Source of the DNA: Perkinsus chesapeaki ATCC PRA-425
Lineage: Eukaryota; Protista; Perkinsozoa
Length of the DNA: 64,000 nt
Direction of reading: 5' to 3'
Assembly: GCA_013115145.1 (NCBI GenBank)
Contig: JAAPAO010000053.1
Coordinates: 1 to 64,000 of the forward strand
In this document: piece after piece, positions 1 through 10,199 of the stretch
Layout of the letters: each line of letters begins with the position of its first letter
Numbering within the stretch: position 1 is the stretch's first letter
Notes under the pieces: model-generated
The model's database searches: none
Seen by the model: the letters and a program-made list of their open reading frames with translations, nothing else
What the model was told of the DNA's origin: nothing
Translations under genes and position numbers: made by a program

Positions 1-642
1 AGAGATATCTTACGAGCGTTACTTGGCGAGCGAGACAATGGATGCGCTCGACGGAGCGTAGTGAATCGCCATGTTTGAGCTCGCGTGCAAAGAGTCGGTG
101 ACCGTCAGTGACGTGGTTGATTGTCTCCTGTTGTTGAATTAACAACCCAAGGTTCGCTGCCGAGGAGGTTAGGCACGATCAAACCGGCCTCCCGCCTGCT
201 CGGACAGCTATAGACAGCGAGAGATGTCTACTGAACAGCCCGACTGATTCCTCAGTCGATGAAGTGTCCATATTCGAATCTTTTCACCAGTTTACATTCA
301 TTGCCGAACTGTAAGGTGTGGGGGGGGGGTTCTACGATTGATGATCAACCAGGAAGAATAGAGTGTTTCTGGGCCATACGACGAATTGGGAGCGAATCTT
401 ACATAGTGCGAGCTTTTGACATAAGATTCAGAATAGGTTGATTGACGGACTGTCGGTATCGCCTACAGTTTCTTATTTCTTCAAAGCCATTTCTTCTCCA
501 ACAGAATCAAGCGTGAGGAAGGGTCTCTCTTCGGGTACAATGATATCTTATCTCATCCGCCCAGGACCGCCCTCTTTCACTTCTATCAGGCCACGCTGAT
601 GTTAGTGCTAGTCTAGTCAGCGCCCTAGGTCTTCATCACGAC

Positions 643-2996
643 ATGAGGCACCGACCGTCCGATTGCTTCGAAGCTGAGGTACTCCCCAGCATATCTATGG
701 TCCGTTAAGGTGTGTGTTAGGAGTCGTCCCTCTCCGGAAGGCTCAGGGCGTGGGTTGGCAGTAGAAGTGAGACCTACTCTATTAGTGTTTGTATGATATG
801 CCTCGGTCTTATGTAGTAGAATTTCTTGTAGCATACTGTTTAACATCATCAAGGTACTCGGTACACAATTTAGTGGCACCTAATATGACATCTATGGCCA
901 AGATGTTCCACTTCAACGCAGTGGAGCGAGACGAGTAAGCGCCCACTCAACCTCCAGATACCGCGGCCTGGTTTGGTATGCGTTTTCTAGGTACCTCGGT
1001 GGTGAGCTCACCTTGGTCTTCTACGCCCCAGGGATGTTCGTGGCACTCTTGGTCGGCCTTCTCTCGGCAGTAGTCTCCCGGAAAACACTTCTCACAGCGG
1101 TGGTTGCTCTCACAGCACTCGCGACCATGCTAACTTTTTTCGCTGGTAAGGCTCTCTCCATCTAGAGAGATAGTCATGCAATCGATAGGTACCTTTCGAT
1201 CGTTGTTGTGGGCCCGAGCCGTCGCCGGTCTCGGAATAGGTGGGGCACTGCCTGTAGCGTACTCGATGGTTGGGGATTGGTACGCCCTAGGGTCCTTGTG
1301 GGCGGCGGCCAGGACTATTTGGTTTTGGTAGGTTCGCTCCGGACCAGCGAGCAGTGGCCTCGGCCATGGTGACTGCGGCTTGCGGCGTGGGGGTGTTTCT
1401 AGGCCAGGTCGCCGCGGCTTACATCGGCAAGGTAGTCAGAAGGCTCGCGGAATGGCCAAATTTCTACCGCAGACGATCGACTGGCGATGGGCATTCCTTC
1501 TCATCCCGATACCAGCACTAGCAGCCGCTGCCCTCTGCCAGGTGAGTCCCGGAAGAATTGTTATTAGCATGAATTTGAGCAATGTAGATCACTCTAATAG
1601 AGCCTGTTAGAGGTGCTATGGATGGGACTGGTCCCACTTCCACCGATGATGAGACCACTGTGAGATTCCGTCCTTCCTCCCTCGTGGACTATACCTTTCA
1701 GACCCTTATCAGCCGAGGCCCCGAGCCATCCGAATCAGCAGCCTTGTCGACAGCGGACACAGAGGGACCGCTTTCGTATAGGGGGGAGGAGCCCACCAGA
1801 ACGACTTGGTTGTCTGATAACGTCGAGCAGCTGAAGCAGGCTTCTTATTCTCGTACGCATCGGTAGTATTCAGTGCTGTAGTCCTCTGTCAGGCACTAAC
1901 CTATTGGTTCTGCTGCAAGCTTTTCCTGGAGGCATACCGTGGGGAATAATCATCGTGTACTTGCACGATTTTCTCGTCCAAGTAGGACACTGCCATTCCT
2001 CGACACAACGCCTGTCTCCCCTGCCAGGACATGGGATTTTCGATCGAACTGGCCCTTTTCGCCTCGGCCACGATGGGACTGGCAGGCTTCTGCGGCGTGC
2101 TTATCGGCGGTTTCATCGGGGAGAAGCTCTATCGGGCCGACCCTCGGTAACTATAAGCTTTCCAAGAATCTTTGTCGACCCTCCGTCTCAGCTACTGCGC
2201 CCTCTTCTGTGCGGTTATGTCGTTGCTGCGAGTGATACCCTTCTTCGCCGTGTTCGGATGGACCTCCCTATATAAAGCAGGGCCCAGCGAGGTGGACCAG
2301 TTGGCAGCTGCAGCTGTTGGCAAGGCCATGGATGCAGTAGTGTAGCCCGCCTCCAGCGTTGCCCAAGGCTTGCTGCAGGTTGGAGGCTCCCAAGGCAACA
2401 TGGGCTCAACAGAGATGCTGCACATGTCCTTTTTCGGGACCCTCTTCATCGGTGGTGTCATAGCAACTACTCCGGCAGCCAACCTTGGCGCCATTCTCCT
2501 CAATGTGAATCCGCCTCAACATCGAGGTGACCCGACCGTGCTGGCTTGGGCGGGACTGCCGTTTCTGCTAGGCACGGTTTTTGCCGTCTACAGCGTCCTC
2601 GACGACCTTTCCAAGGGCGTGGGCACCCTCCTAGTCTCGCTCCTAGTAAGTTCGCCGACTGACCCTCCGGTCTGTGTAGATGTTTCTGTACAGATTCCCT
2701 ACACTGGTGGCAGAGCCGTAGCCTATCAGTTCACCTTGATGGTGTGGCTCATTTGCGGCCTTCTCCTTATCCCCGTCATTTCCAGTCTCCACGAGGATGA
2801 GCTGTATATGCAGCGAACGCTCCGTGAACAGCAGCACAGGAAAAGGGTACTCCCACCCCGCACATGGCACCTCATCGGTGGTCAGGTCAACGACATGCGT
2901 TCTGAGGCCAACTCACGGATACTCTCCTCGACGGCCAAGGCAGCAGCCTCGCTGGTGCTTCATCGCCGACCTGCAGTGATGAGTAATGTTACATAA
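643..2996 (+). CDS. MFS transporter (Spinster/MFS_1-like), multi-exon
   Basis: Spliced exons read HNLVAPNMTSMAKMFHFNAVERDEYLGGELTLVFYAPG..., ARAVAGLGIGGALPVAYSMVGDWY and ANLGAILLNVNPPQHRGTVFAVYSVLDDLSKGVG, with many hydrophobic helices. Start approximate. Confidence 0.85.
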
Positions 2997-3235
2997 TACC
3001 GTTGCCATGTGTGTAGCCAGTCGTCGACTAGCGTTGTCCTCAGCGGTTTTAAGTGTTGTGTTCGCTTGTGGGGGAAACCATCGACACTGCGCCCGCGCAT
3101 TTCGGCGCTGAAGCCGTCTCCGACACGATTGTGTCACCGCTGTCTCCCTCATGATTCTTCGGTTGACCCTGCTCTCACTGGCGCCGCTGCCGTGCTTCCT
3201 TTCGATTCAGTCGGTGTTAGCTTTTTTATTTAACT

Positions 3236-4936
3236 ATGGGAGCCTGCAATTCATGCTTTGAGACCTCGAGGTCGACCGTTCCTCCGCCAGCGCCTCCGCC
3301 ACAGGTCGAGACTGTCACCGATCAGAGGGCCGAGCAGTGCCCTGAAGTCGTGGTCTACGATGACACCCTCGAGCTTCCCGTTAGCCCAACGACAATGATG
3401 GCATCACAAGGGTACACCTTTACGGTGACGGAAGATACCAGCGGCCAGCCTGGCCAGGAGCAGATCTCAGCGACCGTTGTCGAGTCGAATCGCCCCTCCG
3501 AGGACGCCGTCGAAGAAATCGAAGAGGTTTCTGATGGTGATTCGGTGAAGTCCGGTGATGTTGAAATCACCAGTACCGCGGCTGAGCCCTCTATGGTGGG
3601 GACTCCTGACCAGGCCGACCGTGTCACCCCTATGAGTAACCCGATGCCCGTAGAGCTCCTTCGGACTGCGGCCGCTCTACGTGCAAGCCAGAGCGATGAA
3701 CAGCAGCAACCGCAGACGTCTCAGGCGCCTGTCCATGCTCTCACTCCCGAAGGGGCTTCCTTCGCCATGGCAGCTTGCTCTGGTATATCACTCTCGTCGA
3801 TGAACAGCGGCAAGTCTGAGGACGAATCTCCGGTGGTCCCGACGGTCGCACAGACCATCATGACCATGACTTCGGGCGTACAGCCCGGGGCAACTGGACC
3901 TGCCTACCAGGCCGCCGATGAAGCTGGTTCGATGATGCCCATTGACGCTGGTGAACTTGGCCAACTGCCTCTGGGCCTTGCTGAAGTGTCGGCGCAATTC
4001 GACATAGGGTTTGTCCAACAGGGCCCCGACGTGACTGAAGAGGACGACGCCGTCAGCACTGAAGAGGTTACCGAGGTCGTTGACGAGACCGCTGAGCTCG
4101 AGCCTAGTACTACAGGAACTCAGAGTGACCCTCTTACGGAGAAGCACTTCCCTTATATGTACGACAGGATGCCGAGCCCCCCAACAACAAGGAAGTTCCC
4201 TTACCTTTATGATACACCTCAGTTGGCGGATTCCGTTGAAGATGAAGCGGCGGGACATTGCAATTCGGCAACTAGGAGCAGTTTTGGTCCAGCAATAGAG
4301 CCTTCGGTGCCGTCAAGAAAGTTCCCTTACCTTTATGACCATCCTGAGGGTCCGTGTTCGTCTCCTGATGCTTCCACTTCGGTGACGTCAAGAAAGTTCC
4401 CTTACCTTTATGACCATCCTGTCGTATCGAGTGTTGAAGGCCCTACCAGATCATCATTATCACCAGGAGCCGAGAGGGAGTTCCCCTACCTTTACGCCCC
4501 GCGTGTGGAAGGTACTACAGCTCCAGCGCAAGGACCAGTGCAAGGTGAGGACGCCAACGAGGAACCGACAATAACTCTGTCGACCTGCACTGAAAGCAAC
4601 TTCCCTTACTTATATGATACATGCTCCAATGGAGATGTGAAGGTCCTCTGTCCAGCAGCAACGAGCGAAGGCCCTCAGAAGGAGTTTGGCTCGACGGACT
4701 CTCCGATGGAATCTCGCAGATTCCCGTACTTGTACGACAAGGCCGCCGAGAAGACCTCTGAAGAAGGCTGCGATGTTTCGAATTCCATTCATAATGAACT
4801 TAGTGATAGGAAGTTCCCTTATTTATATGATCACACCAGGAAAGGTGCTGTTGACATCCCCGCTACAAAAACCACCCAGCAGACCGCTGCTCCAGAGCAG
4901 ACCACGAGGGCCGCAAGGTCCGTGGTGCGCGAGTAG
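3236..4936 (+). CDS. Intronless 566-aa acidic/disordered protein with N-terminal MGACNSC acylation motif and 8 FPY(L/M)Y repeats
   Basis: Single long ORF. Gly2 plus Cys4/Cys7; E/S/T/P-rich; eight spaced FPY(L/M)Y motifs in the C-terminal half. Confidence 0.85.
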   Translation: MGACNSCFETSRSTVPPPAPPPQVETVTDQRAEQCPEVVVYDDTLELPVSPTTMMASQGYTFTVTEDTSGQPGQEQISATVVESNRPSEDAVEEIEEVSDGDSVKSGDVEITSTAAEPSMVGTPDQADRVTPMSNPMPVELLRTAAALRASQSDEQQQPQTSQAPVHALTPEGASFAMAACSGISLSSMNSGKSEDESPVVPTVAQTIMTMTSGVQPGATGPAYQAADEAGSMMPIDAGELGQLPLGLAEVSAQFDIGFVQQGPDVTEEDDAVSTEEVTEVVDETAELEPSTTGTQSDPLTEKHFPYMYDRMPSPPTTRKFPYLYDTPQLADSVEDEAAGHCNSATRSSFGPAIEPSVPSRKFPYLYDHPEGPCSSPDASTSVTSRKFPYLYDHPVVSSVEGPTRSSLSPGAEREFPYLYAPRVEGTTAPAQGPVQGEDANEEPTITLSTCTESNFPYLYDTCSNGDVKVLCPAATSEGPQKEFGSTDSPMESRRFPYLYDKAAEKTSEEGCDVSNSIHNELSDRKFPYLYDHTRKGAVDIPATKTTQQTAAPEQTTRAARSVVRE

Positions 4937-5199
4937 CCCCCACGCGATCGACTTTTTCTCAGTGATTAGTTTCAAACCAGATTTTTCTGACTCGTGTCGC
5001 TTGGCTACTGTCGAGCAGGAAGGCTCAATTCTTGAATCATTATTAGTACAGTTGTCGCCTGTTTTGTGATGAGTAGTCTCATCAGCTGTCTTTTTTTGCT
5101 ACATAAACTCATATTTTCAATGGCGAGAAGTGTTTGGTTTTCAGCTTGCTTGGACTTATAACGTGAGGCTCCCTGTAGTTACCTCTTCTGGAGCTCTCA

Positions 5200-5469
5200 A
5201 TGGGTTGCACCTCCTCTTCTGCTTCCGATACCGCCGCTCCTCCGGCTCAGCCAGCTGCTGATCAAGCCGGCGGCAGTGATAGCGGTCTCAAGGCTGAGAC
5301 AGACGTCGCCATCGCCAGCAATGTGACCACTGGCAAACCATCCGTCAGCACCGAGGGCTTCCCTTACCTCTATAGCTCCGCACAAGACGAAGACGCGAAG
5401 TCCGGGCAAAAGGTGACCACAAGATCTTTTCCCTATCTCTACCCAGAAGGTTCTGAAGCACAGCAGTGA
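5200..5469 (+). CDS. 89-aa protein with N-terminal MGCTSS acylation motif and 2 FPYLY motifs
   Basis: ATG-initiated ORF with Gly2/Cys3/Ser-rich start. Motifs TEGFPYLYSS and TRSFPYLYPE match the upstream gene. Confidence 0.75.
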   Translation: MGCTSSSASDTAAPPAQPAADQAGGSDSGLKAETDVAIASNVTTGKPSVSTEGFPYLYSSAQDEDAKSGQKVTTRSFPYLYPEGSEAQQ

Positions 5470-5787
5470 GGTGTCTACGATGCTCACAGGCCCTCTTCTG
5501 CCGCCGTGCACAGAGTTTTCAGCCAAGAGTGCCTGGGCTCTCTCTTATAAGCCCCAGCAGAGTCGTTTTACCGCGAGGCTACAGCGTCTTCCTGGCGCTG
5601 GTATACTAAAACACTTATAGACGAAGTACATCGGTATCCTGTTTTTCGTGTCGAGTTGTCAGTCAGTATTAGAAGACTCGCGAACAGCACCACACTGAGT
5701 TCTGAGTGGTAAAGTTTCATTACTAATGGCATTGAGGAGGCGCGAACTGATTATCTGCCTCTCAAACAACGAAGCTCGCATTCGGCG

Positions 5788-7900
5788 ATGTATCCAAAAG
5801 CACTCGTGTCCGCGTTGCTGTGGAAAGGTGGTCTTCAAAGTCTAGCGATACCAAGTGTTCGATCGTCGAGCCCAGCAGGTGCCTCCCGGAGCAGGAGTGG
5901 ATTGCTTCGTATCTGCTGTAGTGGGAGATAATGATATAATCCCGAACTTGACACCGGGTGTCGAGAGTCTTCTGCGTGAAGTTGTAAGAGACCTACCGTA
6001 TGGTACACTTACCTCGATATGCTGCTTCAGCTTCGCGGGTGCTGCGATTACTACGACAGAGTAAATGTTGACTTAGTATTCAAAGTCATAGAAACCGCCT
6101 CGAAGAAGGTCAGAGAAAAGGTGAAGTGCAGTGCAATTTGGAGTGGTTATCCACCCTCCGTCAGGATTGGAGGTTATGGAAGTCCCTCGTCGGCGGTGCC
6201 TCTGCCAAGTGCGTTTTGCGAGCCACTTTGAGGGAACAGATGCTCCGCTGGTTGCTAAGCAGAGAAGTGGACCAAATAGCTGGAAGCCAGCTACTGGAGG
6301 TTTTGGAGTCGAAATGACGTGACCGTGCAGTAGACGTTTTTGCTCCAGGGTGTGCTGGAGCTAGCAGATCCTCACGACACTGGCGTCATCGAGCGAGATA
6401 ACTTCATTAAAGCGACGGGTCTGTGCGGAGGAACCGACATTCTCTGCTCGGAAAATATCCCCACCATTCTCTCTTGGATTCAAAGACTAAATACCTCCTG
6501 CCACGCCGGAGCGAGGGAATCTTCCACCGTGGCATCCAGCAAGGATGATTGCGAGCTCCGCGAGTTTCCTTATTACGTAACGGATGACAGCCACTCTTCG
6601 ACTGTGACCGTACCGGAAGTCGATGCTCAATCCCAACTCTATCGGAGCACCGTAACCGACATGGGTCCTGCGTATGACGTGAGCGGCTCCACCATCACAG
6701 AGTATCGCTTCATTTGGTTGAACAATTCAACTGGATTCGCTTCCAGGTTGCAGCAGTTTCCCGGGGAAAGTGCGCAATCTGTTGTCGCGGCATTACTGAA
6801 GCCGGTGCACCGACGGCTATGGAGCTCCCTGGTCTATATTACTCTAGGCAGCAATCGAAACTACATGACAAAAACACCAGCAGTTGTACGGATGAATAGT
6901 CCACCCTCATCCCTTCTATGGACGACTTCAGGTTTCTCTGCTCCATCTGGCTGTCGTTCGACGGATTGCGTGGGCCCTGTCTAGGATGACTGCACGAACC
7001 ATGGTAGATAAGCCTAGCCACCCCTTCTATGTGATGCAGGTAAGAGAAGGTCGATTGTTGGAAGATATCGAGGACGAATCAGGCATTCACTATGCGGCAT
7101 CTCACCTCAGAGTTGTAAGCCTTAAAGTCCTCCTCTCGTCAAAACACTGGCGTCAGCGCGAAGGTTTCCGTCAGGCTCGACAGGCTGCTGCACTCGCCTC
7201 AGCTTGTACTTCAATTCGAACTGCTCTGCGCAGATCACTCTACTTCGGGTGGCGTGCTGTGCTCATATTGGTCTCACAGCGGCCCGTAGAAGAGAACACA
7301 ACCACTTTGCTGGTCAACTCCGAGCTATCCCCCCCTACGTATGATTTCCCATCTCGCGTGTGAGGCTCGGCGACTACTAGGTATGACTTGCGCCATTCTC
7401 ATCGAGAACACGTTATTGCATTGCCTGTTTCACCTCTCCCGGTATGCCCGCCAAAGCCTGGAAGCATCCACCATAGTGTGGCCGATATCTCCCGTAGCGA
7501 TCTACTCCCGAGGTAACTTCGATCTTACTACTGCAGGCCATTCTAGCCCGGTTCTGCACGCCCCCGCCGCCGAGTCCTCGAATTTATGGAGCCCGGCAAG
7601 GCAAGATTCCTGGCAGATTTTACCGCAGCGGCTTCCACATCCAGCGGGAAACAGTGGCGTAACTTCTCAGCAACTTGAGTCAAGTAACGCGTGTAACTAC
7701 TACGGCATCAGATTCGTGCTTTTCAGGATACACCGAGAGAATCTCCGAGCCCCGACAGCAAACTCCAATTCAGAAGTTCCGCAAGAAGCAACCTATCTCT
7801 GTCAACCTTTTTGCATGAGTGTGCAAATTTCATCACCTCTGTTACGCTGTTCTGAGTTTTGGAGTTATTCTCCACGTTTCGCTCCGCCGGGCAAAAAGCC
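5788..7900 (+). CDS. Hypothetical multi-exon protein; possible RIIa/Dpy-30-like helix pair, EF-hand-like loop and an EFPYY motif
   Basis: Coding-like exons IPNLTPGVESLLREVVRDLPYG, LRGCCDYYDRV, ELADPHDTGVIERDNFIK, LREFPYYVTDD. Boundaries approximate; domain calls by eye only. Confidence 0.45.
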
Positions 7901-10104
7901 ATGGGGTTCGTAATACGCCTTCCTTGAACACCCCCGCTTGCAACGCAATGCTCAAAACTTGAGATAGGATCGTGAACGTTTCGACGATTGACGCATCAAT
8001 AACTTCGAACTGTAGTCTTCTGTAAAGTTGCTGTACCACAGTTAAGAGGAGCTAACGGCATACTGATGTGAAAATATATCTCATACGGTAAGACCCTTGA
8101 AAGTAGGCAAAATTTTGTCTTTGATAGTGGCAACTCACGACGTGAGTGATGCCATAGATACTACATCAACATGAAGTTAGTGGTGCTGAAGAAGTGATGC
8201 ACCTATTCTGAGCCTGTAGTATCATAGAAGCCTCGAAAGCGAAGACCTTAGGTCGAGTAGAGCATAGACACGAGCGATTCACCAAACGCTAATAGTACAT
8301 AGTGGTCAGAGGAGTCATAGCCAAGATAGCGGAAGGTGTTGATGTTGAGTTCAGGACAAGAGCGGATGATCCCCGTGAGGCTGCAGTCTAGAAAGACTGT
8401 GATAAGACCCTCTTTATAGTCATAATCTTGCCAGTCACTATCAATAATACAACCGCGGCAAATCATATCATATCTAAGACGACATGATTGAGGGTCGATA
8501 AACACGAACCCGGTCACAAGTCGATCCTTGGCATAATATGATATAGGCTTACAAACAGCTGATGATGACATCGAGATGTTGATTGGCAATGAGCGTAAAA
8601 TAGGAAGCCGATAGGGAGTCGCTTAGTCGTAAAACAGTCGCTCAGCTATAACCGCTGCTCCCTCCCGGAACAAACGATGTGACCCTAGGCTAAAGTCGTG
8701 AAAGACAGCATGCAGTGCTGAGATGACTTGCGGAGAGCAGAGATAAATACAGTGCAACCCTCTTGAACCTTTCGATAGGCAAGTAACCAGTAATATTACT
8801 CAGACTAGTAACAATGCCACAGCACGTGTGTTTCCGTGACGCGACACAATAGCTTGCGGGTGAAGCATAAGACAGAGAATGTTGGAGCGCTGCGGCTAGA
8901 GGGTAACACGAATTGTTTGTGACAAACGCCGAACTCATAGATAGTCACCTGCAATGACCTGGAATGATGCCTGGTATTATACTCTCTTTCCCACAGAATT
9001 CTCGTAACAGAAACATGTTATAGATCAACATCGCTTCGGCGTCATTCCGCAACTTCATATCAATTTTCGTCGTGTTTGAGTGTTTGAGTGCAGCGATTGC
9101 TGCGGAGTAAATCAATTCTTCCCGATGGATAGAGTTTAACCTAAATGATTAATGGTAGCTGCCATCATCCCATGCATCTATAAACGCTTTTCGGACTCAG
9201 CGTCTTTGACACCCTCGCTTAGCCATAATGCCTGTTGATACGCGGACATGTATTCACTGATGTGCTCACCAACCACAATTGAGAAAGGAGACCTTCCACG
9301 TGGATCACGGGACTGGAATAGAAGTTCCGGCCGAGCCTCCTACGTGCTGAGTTATGCGCTGTTCAACTTGAGTGGCTGTAAGTTCCGAGACTCCCGCGTC
9401 ACGGCTATGCCGATCGACGCTAAAGCAAGCTGGCCAGCAAAGAGACACAGCAAATTGCCACGAGTGCCGATATACAACGTGGAAGGTGGTCCTTTCCTGA
9501 ATCCGTCCGTGAGAAGGGGACTTGACTGCAAAATGGGCCCGCAATCATTTTTGGACAACCGGAAGATGAAATCACTCCTATGAGGAGCACCTCCTTCACT
9601 GATTTCACCTCGGTGGAGGTATGCAGACATCTCTAGATGGGGCGACAACTATGAATGGCTCTGACCCACTTCTCCACCAACCAAAAAGTGTGAGCTCCAC
9701 ATGTCCTTGCGTGTTAATGCCGATTCGAAAGTGGTCAATTTCTATTCCTCGACCAAGTCGTTCGCACGCTTTGGCTTGAAACACCTAACAATTATTCCAA
9801 GGTTCGCCAGATTTACTGATGCATGTTGTCTCGTGCTCTGCCACATCCAACTCTCAAGTTGAGAGTTGGATGTGGCAGAGCAGTTGGATGTGGTTGAGAG
9901 TCTCAACCCAAGGTAGGAATGCCCCACTAACCGTTTGTACGAATGTCGGTTATCATGATACACTTGGAACAATCGCTTCAAAAGCCATTCGCGGTAATCG
10001 CCTTTGGCGCGGAGCTCTTGCGGCTTTGTATGGGGTTCCTCCACCTTGCGTGGGTTTCCCTTTACGCTGTTCCGAGTTCGTATTTCTGAGTGAGTGAGAG
10101 TCAC
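7842..10104 (-). CDS. Hypothetical multi-exon protein containing copy 1 of the 440-bp duplication
   Basis: Series of coding-like minus-strand segments (EWLLKRLFQVYHD; LNSIHREELIYSAAIAALKH; VCKPISYYAKDRLVTGFVFIDP; LQFEVIDASIVETFTILSQ). Could be more than one gene. Confidence 0.4.
8230..8673. repeat. About 440-bp dispersed direct duplication, copy 1
   Basis: Near-identical to 13400-13841; only a handful of substitutions in the core. Confidence 0.95.
9834..9908. repeat. Perfect 49-bp palindrome (24-bp arms, 1-nt centre) followed by a 17-bp palindrome
   Basis: tgctctgccacatccaactctcaa-g-ttgagagttggatgtggcagagca (9834-9882), then ggttgaga-g-tctcaacc. Confidence 0.95.
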
Positions 10105-10199
10105 GTTTATCAGTTGACTTTTTCAAAACAGCCGACTCAATAACGCAATACTCGATATTAAAGAGACAGAATCATGAATGGAGGAACTTGTGCAAACTG

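Noticed and set aside
1-640. Possible 3' end of a gene entering from the left edge
   Set aside because: Short coding-like stretches exist but gave no consistent frame or recognisable motif.
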